From: Candidatus Latescibacterota bacterium
GTDB lineage: Bacteria > Latescibacterota > UBA2968 > GCA-2709665
Assembly (NCBI GenBank): GCA_965208835.1
Contig: OZ242358.1
Coordinates: forward strand, 3,424,001 to 3,488,000
Reading direction: 5' to 3'
DNA length: 64,000 bases
Made by a program: the position numbers and the translations under genes. The notes beneath the pieces were generated by a model that searched no databases, had not been told where the DNA came from, and was given only the letters and a program-made list of their open reading frames with translations. Shown here piece after piece: positions 54,471 through 63,506 of this stretch. Within the stretch, counting starts at the first letter, position 1. The number at the start of each line of letters is the position of its first letter.

Positions 54471-57137
54471 TCAACCGCTGTTCTTCCTGCCTTCTACGTC
54501 CTTTTTCCACCGATCCAGAGTAACCAGGGCCTCCAGCGGCGTGGTCTTGCCCAGGTCCAGATTGCGCAACTCGGTCAGGACCGGGTCTTCAGGAGGCGCG
54601 TCAAACAGATTCATCTGTCCCATGGCCACGGCAGGCTCACGACTCACCGAGGCCTGCGTTTTCTTTTCGGCCGGGGTCAGGTCGTTTGTTTCCAGCCTGC
54701 GCAGCACTTCACGGGCTCTCGCGATCAGGTTGCGAGGCATTCCGGCAAGCCGTGCCACCTCGATGCCGTAACTGTGGTCGCATCCCCCTGGCACCAGCCG
54801 GTGCAGAAACGTCACGTTATCGCCTTCCTCCCTGACCGCCACGCTGTAATTCTTCACCCTTGGAAGCAATTCCTCGAGTTCCGTCAATTCATGATAGTGC
54901 GTGGCAAACAGCGTCCTTGGTTGTATAGACGCTGTATTGTGCAGATATTCCGTCATTGCCCAGGCAATGCTCAGCCCGTCGAACGTACTGGTGCCGCGGC
55001 CGATTTCATCCAGAAGCACCAGGCTTCTGGTGCTGGCGTTGTTCAGGATGTTTGCCGCCTCGTTCATCTCCACAAGAAACGTCGATTCGCCCCTGGCCAG
55101 GTTGTCGGACGCCCCCACACGTGTAAAAATCCGGTCCACCACACCGACTCGCGCGGCTCTTGCCGGAACAAAGCTGCCCAGTTGCGCCAGCAGGACAATC
55201 AGGCCGATCTGTCTCAATATCGTGGATTTCCCGGCCATATTCGGACCGGTTATAATAAGCACCTGTTCGTGTTCACCATCCACGAAGAAATCGTTGGGCA
55301 CAAACGTGCCCGCCGGCAGCAGCCCTTCAACGACGGGATGACGACCCTCCCGGATATCGATTCCCGTGGAATCGTCCACTTCCGGGCGGACGTAGTCGTT
55401 GACCGCGGCGACCTCTGCCAGACATGCCAGCACGTCCACCACCGCCACGGAACGCGCAGTCCGCTGCACGCCGTCCACCCAGGTCTCAACTTCGCCCCTG
55501 AGTTGCTGAAACAGCTCTTTCTCGAGTTCCTTCGCCCGTTCGTCGGCGCCAAGGATCTTTGCTTCCCACTCTTTCAATGCCGGTGTAATGAAGCGCTCCG
55601 CGTTCACCAGGGTCTGCTTGCGCAGGTAGTCGTCCGGAGCCTTGTCCATGTTCGCCTTCGTGATTTCGATATAGTACCCGAACGCCTTGTTGTATCCGAC
55701 CTTGAGCGACGGAATGCCGGTACGTTCCCTCTCTTTCGCCTGCAATTCAGCCACCCAGCGGCGTCCTCCTGACGCCGCGTCGCGAAGTTCGTCGAGTTCC
55801 GCGTTATGGCCTTCCCGGATGATGCCCCCGTCACTCAACTGGAAGGGCGGCTCATCCACAACCGTGCGGCCGATAAGCTCAACCAGTTCGTCCATGTCCG
55901 GCAACCCATGACGCCTCGCCTTCACCAGCAGTTCCGCCGCGGCCTCATCCAGCGTGTCCCGCAGAACGGGTATGGCCTCAAGCGACGTCTTGAGCGCGAC
56001 GAGATCCCTGGGGCTGCAGCGCCCGCAGCAGATGCGAGACATCAACCGTTCGAGGTCGCCGACATGCTTGAGTGCCGTGCGGACCGACTCCCGCCGCACC
56101 GGATGCCGCACGAAATCTTCCACGGCATCATGCCTGGATTCGATCCGCGAAATATCCAGCAGTGGTTGCGAAAGCCACGCCCGTAGCGTCCGCGCCCCCA
56201 TGGCGGTGCTGGTGCGGTCCATCAGGGACAGCAGCGTACCTTCCCGCCGGCCTTCCTGTATTGACGTGATCAGCTCCAGATTCCGCTGGGTTACCAGGTC
56301 GAGGCCCATGCACGCGCTTTCGGTCTCACGTGACAGACGCGTGATGTGAGAGACCGCGCCCTTCTGGTTCTGCTTCAGATAGGCCAGCACCGCACCGGCC
56401 GCACTGACGCCCAACGTCAGCAGGTCGCATCCGAAGCCCTTTAGCGAATTGACCTGGAAGTGTTCCAGCAGCAAGTCGTGCGCATATGCAAATCCGAAAT
56501 GCCAGTCTTCCGCGCGTACGAGTAGCGTGCCCGGCATTCGTCGCGCTAACTCATCCTCGTTGGCTTCAACCCAGGATTCGGGTGCGAGTACTTCGGCAGG
56601 GCCGATTCGCTCCAGCACTTCCCACAGATCGTCCGCATCCCGCTCCATGGTGCGAAAATCACCTGTGGACAGATCCGTAACCGCAGCGCCCAGCCGGTTG
56701 GACTCCACCCAGAAACCCAGCAGATAGTTGTTCCGGTTCTGATCGAGCAGGTTATCCGAGAGCGCCGTACCTGGAGACACCACCTGGACGACCTCGCGGC
56801 GCACAACCGCCTTGCCTTTCTGTGGCGCCTCCATCTGTTCGCAGATGGCGACCTTGCGGCCGGCCTTGATCAACCTTGCAAGATAGGTATCGAGTGCGTG
56901 ATGAGGCACGCCGGCCATCGGCACACTCTCGCCTCCCCGGCCGTTGTTACGGGACGTCAATGCCAGACCGAGAAGGCCGGAGACCTCTTTGGCGTCGTCG
57001 TAGAACGTCTCGTAAAAGTCGCCCATTCTGAAGAGCAGTACGGCGTCCTTGTGTTCATCCTTGAAACGCAGGTACTGTTCCATTGCGGGCGTAACGTCTC
57101 TTGGCCGTGCCATCTGACGTTTCCTAGTTACGTTCAA
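54471..57137 (-). CDS. mutS: DNA mismatch repair protein MutS
   Basis: FRMGDFYETF, GPNMAGKST, STFLVEM, LLDEIGRGTST, ATHYHEL, SYGIEVARLAG. Confidence 0.97.
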   Translation of the reverse strand: MNVTRKRQMARPRDVTPAMEQYLRFKDEHKDAVLLFRMGDFYETFYDDAKEVSGLLGLALTSRNNGRGGESVPMAGVPHHALDTYLARLIKAGRKVAICEQMEAPQKGKAVVRREVVQVVSPGTALSDNLLDQNRNNYLLGFWVESNRLGAAVTDLSTGDFRTMERDADDLWEVLERIGPAEVLAPESWVEANEDELARRMPGTLLVRAEDWHFGFAYAHDLLLEHFQVNSLKGFGCDLLTLGVSAAGAVLAYLKQNQKGAVSHITRLSRETESACMGLDLVTQRNLELITSIQEGRREGTLLSLMDRTSTAMGARTLRAWLSQPLLDISRIESRHDAVEDFVRHPVRRESVRTALKHVGDLERLMSRICCGRCSPRDLVALKTSLEAIPVLRDTLDEAAAELLVKARRHGLPDMDELVELIGRTVVDEPPFQLSDGGIIREGHNAELDELRDAASGGRRWVAELQAKERERTGIPSLKVGYNKAFGYYIEITKANMDKAPDDYLRKQTLVNAERFITPALKEWEAKILGADERAKELEKELFQQLRGEVETWVDGVQRTARSVAVVDVLACLAEVAAVNDYVRPEVDDSTGIDIREGRHPVVEGLLPAGTFVPNDFFVDGEHEQVLIITGPNMAGKSTILRQIGLIVLLAQLGSFVPARAARVGVVDRIFTRVGASDNLARGESTFLVEMNEAANILNNASTRSLVLLDEIGRGTSTFDGLSIAWAMTEYLHNTASIQPRTLFATHYHELTELEELLPRVKNYSVAVREEGDNVTFLHRLVPGGCDHSYGIEVARLAGMPRNLIARAREVLRRLETNDLTPAEKKTQASVSREPAVAMGQMNLFDAPPEDPVLTELRNLDLGKTTPLEALVTLDRWKKDVEGRKNSG

Positions 57138-58011
57138 CGATTACACAATGCGCCACCCCGACCTCCTTCTCCACGCGGGGCTTCTGGGCTTCGGCGGCGG
57201 CCCGGTCAGGAAACGGCCCGACCAGCAGGACACGCAAACCGGGAACAATTGCCGCCTCGTCACGTACAGGAAATCCGGCCCGGACCAGCCGGCCGGAAGT
57301 GCGCCGCAGGCGCTCCCCGGATCCGAAAACACCCACACGCACCCAGATCCTGCCTGCCGAATCCCGGCTGTTCAGTAGTTCCTTGAGTACAGCCAGCCGC
57401 GCCCTGACGGCCGGCGGGGTGCTGCCTGCTCCCAGGGCGTCGGCCTCTTGCTCGGCCTCGCTGGTTCGACTGGCAAGCACGAGTGCCTCAATGCGGCCGA
57501 GGCGGGCGTGAGGGGCGATTGCTGCCTGGGGGGTGGCATCGATTATGGACTGAAAGGCGGAAAGCGCGGAGTCCGGCCGCTGGGTCGAAATGTAGACACA
57601 CCCCAGCCGGAACCGCGTCAGGGGCACCAGGGGACTGCTGCCGTATTCGTTCAGCAACTGCTTGTAAAGGTTTTCCGCACGAAAATAAAGCCCGGAGGGC
57701 CCGGCATAGTCCGCTTCCGCCAGTTCAAATAACGCGTCGTCCGCGAGTTCGTGCCGCGGGTGGGACTTCAGAAGGCGCCTGAAATAACCCCGTGATTTAG
57801 CGCCCTCCGGGGTCAGACGCCCCAGATAGTACAATGCCACCGGATTTTCGGGCTCGGCATTCAGCACGTGAGTGAAAGCGACTTTCGCACGGTCGAACCG
57901 CCCGTCTCGGAACAGCGCGACCGGATCCGCGGTATCATCGGAATGCAGGGGAATCGCCGGCAAAGCCAGAAAAATGAGGAAACTGACGCGCCGGATGCGG
58001 ATCAACGTCAA
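57124..58011 (-). CDS. Exported TPR-repeat protein with C-terminal SPOR domain (start may be TTG 58011 or ATG 58224 across the MITE)
   Basis: Signal-like RRVSFLIFLALPAIPLHS, TPR motifs (ALYYLG, ALFELA), C-terminal WVRVGVF...RVLLVGPF. Confidence 0.75.
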   Translation of the reverse strand: MTLIRIRRVSFLIFLALPAIPLHSDDTADPVALFRDGRFDRAKVAFTHVLNAEPENPVALYYLGRLTPEGAKSRGYFRRLLKSHPRHELADDALFELAEADYAGPSGLYFRAENLYKQLLNEYGSSPLVPLTRFRLGCVYISTQRPDSALSAFQSIIDATPQAAIAPHARLGRIEALVLASRTSEAEQEADALGAGSTPPAVRARLAVLKELLNSRDSAGRIWVRVGVFGSGERLRRTSGRLVRAGFPVRDEAAIVPGLRVLLVGPFPDRAAAEAQKPRVEKEVGVAHCVIVERN

Positions 58012-58022
58012 CTTGCGCCTGA

Positions 58023-58211
58023 GAAGCTGTTTTAAAATTACCGGTGAGTTCCCGAGCGCGAGCGAAAATGTGGCGGTTAAGGCGGGAAAACCCGCCCATA
58101 TATTAATGTATCGTGGCTGCGCGCCCCTCGCCACTCTTGGGCGGGTTTGACCAACGCCGACCGCCGCTTTTGCAGCCGCGCGAAGACCGCTGGGAATTTT
58201 AAGACAGCTTC
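58023..58211. mobile_element. MITE family A copy 2 (189 bp) with TGA target-site duplication
   Basis: TGA|GAAGCTGTTTTAAAAT...ATTTTAAGACAGCTTC|TGA. Confidence 0.88.
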
Positions 58212-58471
58212 TGAGGGTGCACATATGGATGCAATGCGAACGCCGGTACCCGGCAACGGTCTGGATGGAATGCGCGACGGGCGTTTTATCGGCGACGGCC
58301 GATGCCGATACCACGACGTGCCTTCTGACTCGGTTCCATCTTTCACCCGCCCGGGGTCGGGACGGGCAGGGTGGCCCGCTGCCGGCGACACGCGGTCAGG
58401 TATGAACGAATATACTCAGAGAACCGGAATCGGACCAGGCACAACGGCGATCGCGGCAGGTCCGCCCGCGA

Positions 58472-59794
58472 TCAGGGCAGTTCCGGACATTCCGCCCGCT
58501 CTCCGATGACCCGATTGCGTTGTACGTCAGTGAGACGCACAGGGGCGATGGCGTTCTTCGCGCTTTCGGGTCCCGGGGCATACACGCGGATGTAATTGTC
58601 GGTAACGCCCTGCAGGTATCCCGTTTCAGGCTCGCGTCTGTCTTCGAAGAGTACGTTCAGGGTCCGCCCCCTGAAACGGCGGTTGAACGCTTCTGTCTTC
58701 CGCTCGGCCAGACGCCTGAGCAGCGCGCCTCGTCTCTTCTTGACGGCCGCGTCCACCTCCGAGCCCATCTTCGCCGCGGACGTGCCGGCGCGCGGCGAAT
58801 AGGGAAACACGTGCAGGAATGCCAGAGGACCACTGTCAATCAGATCGAAGGTATTGGCAAACGCCTCTTCGGTCTCACCTGGAAAACCCACCATCACATC
58901 CGCGCCCAGGCCGATTTCGGGCACCCTTTCCGCCAGCGTCTTGATCAGTGAGAGATAACGCGCACGCGTATACGGCCTGCGCATCGATCTCAGAATCCCA
59001 TCGTCGCCGCTCTGAAGCGGAATATGCAGGTGCCTGCAGAACCGGGACGAAGACGAGAAGAAATCGACCATTGCATCGCTGATGTAAGACGCTTCGATGG
59101 AACTCACACGAAACCGCTGCAGCCCCTCGATCCGCTCGATGGCCTCGAACAGATCAAGCAGCCCGGGTCCATCCAGATCCGCACCGTAGTCTCCAATATG
59201 CACGCCTGCGAGGACGACCTCCTGATATCCTGCGTCAACCAGCCTCCGCACCTGGTCGAGACAGCTCTGCAGGCCGCGGCTCCGGCTGCGACCCCTCGCA
59301 AACGGTATAATGCAGAATGAACAGAACTCGTTGCATCCCTCCTGGATCTTCACGAACGCTCGCGCTCTTCCGCCGAAATTGAAGATATCCATGTCCTGAA
59401 ATTCAGCGGTTCGACGCCGGGTCACGTAGCTTCGTCCGATGGAACAGGTATCGTTGATCAGATCGAGCAGTTGGGTCTTCTCAGCCGTGCCGACAACGAG
59501 ATCGACTTCGGGCATCTCGATCAGCAAATCGGGATCGGTTTGCGCGTAACAGCCCATGGCCACAACCGTGCCTTCGGGCGATATCCGATGCGCCCGGCGC
59601 AACATCTGCCGGGACTGGGCGGCGCCCTGTCCCGTGACCGTACAGGTATTCACGACCGTAACATCCGCCGTACTTCCAAACACGACCTCCCGGTACCCTT
59701 CGTGTCTGAATTGCTCGCGGTACCATTCCGTATCGTAGGTATTCAACTTGCAGCCGAGCGTATAAAACGATACGGTTTTATCGTTTCCGTTCAT
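58472..59794 (-). CDS. mtaB: tRNA t6A37 methylthiotransferase
   Basis: TLGCKLN, VNTCTVT, GCYAQ, KIQEGCNEFCSFCIIP radical SAM motif, LHVFPYSPRAGT, GVTDNY. Confidence 0.92.
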   Translation of the reverse strand: MNGNDKTVSFYTLGCKLNTYDTEWYREQFRHEGYREVVFGSTADVTVVNTCTVTGQGAAQSRQMLRRAHRISPEGTVVAMGCYAQTDPDLLIEMPEVDLVVGTAEKTQLLDLINDTCSIGRSYVTRRRTAEFQDMDIFNFGGRARAFVKIQEGCNEFCSFCIIPFARGRSRSRGLQSCLDQVRRLVDAGYQEVVLAGVHIGDYGADLDGPGLLDLFEAIERIEGLQRFRVSSIEASYISDAMVDFFSSSSRFCRHLHIPLQSGDDGILRSMRRPYTRARYLSLIKTLAERVPEIGLGADVMVGFPGETEEAFANTFDLIDSGPLAFLHVFPYSPRAGTSAAKMGSEVDAAVKKRRGALLRRLAERKTEAFNRRFRGRTLNVLFEDRREPETGYLQGVTDNYIRVYAPGPESAKNAIAPVRLTDVQRNRVIGERAECPELP

Positions 59795-59941
59795 CCGTAC
59801 GCTTTCTGGCATGCACTGCCTGTGCCGCTTGCGTTGTTTGTGCTGAACTGGCTTGCATTGAGCTTGCTCGCATTGAGCTTGTCGAAATGTCGAAATGTCC
59901 AAGCAAGCCTGTCAGATTTCCGAAATCCGCAGTGTCCAAAC

Positions 59942-59977
59942 AACAAAGAGTTGAGGACAACTCCTCAACTCTTTGTT
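59942..59977 (-). terminator. rpsA terminator (perfect 16-bp stem)
   Basis: AACAAAGAGTTGAGGA-CAAC-TCCTCAACTCTTTGTT. Confidence 0.8.
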
Positions 59978-60003
59978 TCGAGCGAACCCGCTGTCCGTAC
60001 ACC

Positions 60004-61995
60004 CTACGCTTCCGGTTTCGACGCAGCCACCGTCTCGTCCTCAGTACCGGATGTCTCCGCGGCGGGTGGAGCGTCATCGACCGGAACGTCACCGTTCGAC
60101 CCCGTTTCCGCCGCTTCGGCTGGCGCCTCGGCACTGGCTTCGGGTTGTACAACCGGCTCCACGTCACCCGTCGATTCGGCATCATCCCCCTCGGCTGACG
60201 CTTCGGCGCCGGCCTGGGAATCGGAATCCGCATCCCCGGCGGTCGCTTCGGGCTCGGCCGAGTCACCCACCACCTCGCCGACCGTTATCGGCTTCGGCTT
60301 GTGGCTTTCGATATAGGCGTCGATTTCTGCCTGTTCGGCGTCTCGAAGATATTCCTTCACGCTCAACACGATTTTACGCTGCTCTTCGTCGAATTCAACG
60401 ACCTTGAGGGGCAACTCGTCCCGTTCCGAGAAGTGGGTCTGGGGAGTTTGCAGATCCGACAGTCCCAGCTGCGAAACAGGAATGAAACCCTCGACGTCGC
60501 CTTCCAGATCAACCACGACCCCGCGCTCAAGCAGGCGGGATATTCTCCCCTCCGTCGTCTTGCCCACCGCGTACTCAACGGCAAGTTCAGACCAGGGGTT
60601 TTCTATGGTCTGCTTGTGCCCCAGGGAGATTCGGCGACGTTTTTTGTCTATATTGAGTACAACCACGTCGACCTGCTCACCCTTTTTGACGACGTCGCTG
60701 GGATGGCGCACCCGCCGTGTCCAGGACATATCTGAAATATGGACGAGGCCATCGATTCCCTCTTCGATTTCCACGAACGCACCGAAATTGACCAGGTTGC
60801 GAACCAAACCGGTAAGGCGCGTTCCCACGGGATATTTTTCGTCGAGCGAAAGCCAGGGGTCGTCGGTCGTCTGCTTCATGCCAAGCGATATCTTCTGACC
60901 CTCTTTGTCCACGTTCAGAATGACAACCTTCAACTGGTCGCCAATTGAGACAAGCTTGGACGGATGGCGGATATGCTGTGTCCAGGACATCTCGGAAATG
61001 TGGACGAGGCCCTCCACCCCCTGTTCCAATTCCACGAATGCTCCGTAGTCCGTGATGCTGACCACTTTGCCGTCCACGCGGTCTCCGACGGGATACTTCT
61101 CTTCTATATTCTCCCAGGGATGCGGCGTAAGCTGTTTCATTCCCAGAGAGATCCGTTCGCGCTCTTCGTCGTAGTTGAGTACCTTGACCTGGACATCGTC
61201 GCCAATGGACAACACCTCGGACGGATGTCCGATCCGCCCCCAGGAAATATCTGTGATGTGCAACAGACCGTCCAGACCGCCCAGGTCGATAAAGGCACCA
61301 AAATCCGTGATATTCTTTACCGCGCCTTCGCGGACCTGGCCGACTTCCAGTGTCTGAAGAATCTGCTTGCGCAAACGCTCCCGCTCGGCTTCCAGAACGA
61401 CCCGCCTGGAAACAACGATATTGCGCCGGTTCTTGTTGAGTTTGATGATCCGAAACGGGAAAACCTCGCCGATGAACTGATCGAAATTCTTGACCTGCTT
61501 GATATCGATCTGAGACCCGGGGAGGAATGCGTCAACTCCGAACAGATCCACGACAATACCGCCCTTGATGCGCCGCACCAGCCGGCCCTCGACGATCTGA
61601 TCGCTGTCATAGGCGTCCTTTATACGGTCCCACACCCGCATAAAGTCGGCTTTCTGTTTGGACAGCACAATCTGCCCTTCCTGGTCTTCAACATCTTCGA
61701 GGTAAACCTCTATTTCCTGTCCGACCTCGACTTCTGACGGATCGGCAAACTCCGAGAGCGGTATGGCGCCTTCGGACTTGAACCCGATATCGACCACGAC
61801 TGTATTTTCCGCGACGGCCAGAACGGTTCCGGAGACAATTTCACCTTCGGTGATATTGCTCATCGTGTCATCATACAAACTCATCATCGAGGCGAATTCC
61901 TCTTCGGAGTATTCGCGCTCGTCCAAAGCTTCCAGTGCCTCCGCGCTCGTCGGCTGGGAGACGGGCTGGCTCGCTGTGTTGTTTTCTTCCGACAT
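60004..61995 (-). CDS. rpsA: 30S ribosomal protein S1
   Basis: Six S1 repeats (DFGAFIDLGGLDGLLHITDISW, DYGAFVEL, NFGAFVEI) and an acidic C-terminal tail. Confidence 0.97.
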   Translation of the reverse strand: MSEENNTASQPVSQPTSAEALEALDEREYSEEEFASMMSLYDDTMSNITEGEIVSGTVLAVAENTVVVDIGFKSEGAIPLSEFADPSEVEVGQEIEVYLEDVEDQEGQIVLSKQKADFMRVWDRIKDAYDSDQIVEGRLVRRIKGGIVVDLFGVDAFLPGSQIDIKQVKNFDQFIGEVFPFRIIKLNKNRRNIVVSRRVVLEAERERLRKQILQTLEVGQVREGAVKNITDFGAFIDLGGLDGLLHITDISWGRIGHPSEVLSIGDDVQVKVLNYDEERERISLGMKQLTPHPWENIEEKYPVGDRVDGKVVSITDYGAFVELEQGVEGLVHISEMSWTQHIRHPSKLVSIGDQLKVVILNVDKEGQKISLGMKQTTDDPWLSLDEKYPVGTRLTGLVRNLVNFGAFVEIEEGIDGLVHISDMSWTRRVRHPSDVVKKGEQVDVVVLNIDKKRRRISLGHKQTIENPWSELAVEYAVGKTTEGRISRLLERGVVVDLEGDVEGFIPVSQLGLSDLQTPQTHFSERDELPLKVVEFDEEQRKIVLSVKEYLRDAEQAEIDAYIESHKPKPITVGEVVGDSAEPEATAGDADSDSQAGAEASAEGDDAESTGDVEPVVQPEASAEAPAEAAETGSNGDVPVDDAPPAAETSGTEDETVAASKPEA

Positions 61996-62100
61996 GAAAC
62001 TGCGACCTCCTTGGCCGTTCCGCACGAGGCGGTTGCCCCTGACGCACGGTTCGGCGCAAATTTACACGGAAAAGACGGAGACAGGATCTCCGCAGGGATC

Positions 62101-62784
62101 TTACCGGCGCTCAAGCATGGCACCCGGCGCAGGCGGGCCGGTATTGCGCCTGCGGGGGCTCAGGTTACCTATACAGAGCATCACCTCGCTACTGATGGAA
62201 CGATAGGCGGCTCGACGTCTGGCGGGCAATCCGGCTGGAGACACGCAAATCGGTTCTCCGAACCGCACGGTCACGCGGTTGAGACCGATAAGGCTCGTCC
62301 AGATATTGACCGTACCGGAAATATAGACCGGCACCACAGGAACCCGCGCGCGGTACGCCAACATACCCACGCCGTCTTTGGGCCGCCTCAGCCGGGACGT
62401 CTTGTTGCGCGTACCCTCCGGCGAAAGAAACATCGCACCGCCGGCCTTGAGACACCCTTCGATGCCGCGCAGCGCGCCCCGATCTCCACGAGACCGGTCT
62501 ATTGGCAGTGCGTTCAGCTTCCGAATCAGCCAGCCAAGTACAGGAACGGGAAATGCTTCCTGCTTGGTAACATACGAAAGTTCCCGGCACGCCGCAACCC
62601 CGATGAATACGGGATCCGCATAGGAGGCGTGGTTGCTCGCAAGGATGACGCCACCCCGTCGCGGCACAAATTGCCGGCCGGCAACGTGAAGCCGAAACAG
62701 GCAACTGCATGCCCCGACGCCGAGCGCCCAGAGAATCCGGTAAAAAAGATTGTCCGGTCGTCCGGTGTAAATGTCTGTCCGCAT
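62101..62784 (-). CDS. plsC: 1-acyl-sn-glycerol-3-phosphate acyltransferase
   Basis: NHASYAD and SPEGTR motifs. Confidence 0.88.
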   Translation of the reverse strand: MRTDIYTGRPDNLFYRILWALGVGACSCLFRLHVAGRQFVPRRGGVILASNHASYADPVFIGVAACRELSYVTKQEAFPVPVLGWLIRKLNALPIDRSRGDRGALRGIEGCLKAGGAMFLSPEGTRNKTSRLRRPKDGVGMLAYRARVPVVPVYISGTVNIWTSLIGLNRVTVRFGEPICVSPAGLPARRRAAYRSISSEVMLCIGNLSPRRRNTGPPAPGAMLERR

Positions 62785-62803
62785 GGTTTGCAGGTGGTTC
62801 CTT

Positions 62804-63484
62804 CTATATGCCGCACTCGCGGGCAAGTCCCACCACGCGGGCGACCTGCGCGTCGATATTCAGGCCGGTGGTATCCACCGTGATAGCATCCGAAGCCGGC
62901 CAGGACCCCGAACGCCGCTGCGTGGCTTTGTCGCGCGCGTCCCGATCGCGAATCTGTCCCATCAATTCGTCCAGGTCTGTCCTGACTCCGCAATCGAGCA
63001 GTTCACGGTGTCGTCGCCGCGCCCGCTCGACGACGTCGGCAACCAGGAATATCTTCAGTTCAGCTTCCGGAAAAACCGCGGTGCCGGTATCCCGACCCTC
63101 CAGTACGATACCGCCCTCGCGCCCGAGCTCCCGCTGACGCGCTACGAGAATCTTTCTGACCGCGGTATGCACCGCTACGCGGGAGGCGGCATCGGAGACA
63201 TCCGTCGAACGGATCTCTCCCGTCACATCCTCCCCATCGATCAGAACCCGCTGGCCGCCGTCCTCCAGGCGAAAGTCGAACGCCAGTGCGGCGGCGGTCC
63301 CGGCGGCGGCGGCTTCATCGTCCGGACTGAGACCCCTGCGAGTGAGGGCCAAACCCAGGGCGCGGTACATCGCGCCCGTATCCAGATAGAGATATCCCAG
63401 CCTGCTGGCGACACATTGAGCCGTCGTGCTCTTGCCCGATCCCGCGGGACCGTCGATGGCAATTACGATACCCCTCTTTCCCAT
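62804..63484 (-). CDS. cmk: Cytidylate kinase
   Basis: IAIDGPAGSGKST, LDTGAMYR, EGRDTGTAVFP. Confidence 0.95.
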   Translation of the reverse strand: MGKRGIVIAIDGPAGSGKSTTAQCVASRLGYLYLDTGAMYRALGLALTRRGLSPDDEAAAAGTAAALAFDFRLEDGGQRVLIDGEDVTGEIRSTDVSDAASRVAVHTAVRKILVARQRELGREGGIVLEGRDTGTAVFPEAELKIFLVADVVERARRRHRELLDCGVRTDLDELMGQIRDRDARDKATQRRSGSWPASDAITVDTTGLNIDAQVARVVGLARECGI

Positions 63485-63506
63485 CGCGACCCTCCGCCCC
63501 CGGTTG

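Noticed and set aside
59795-59902. Cys/Gln-rich N-terminal extension of MtaB
   Set aside because: It arises from intergenic tandem repeats; MtaB homology starts at ATG 59794.
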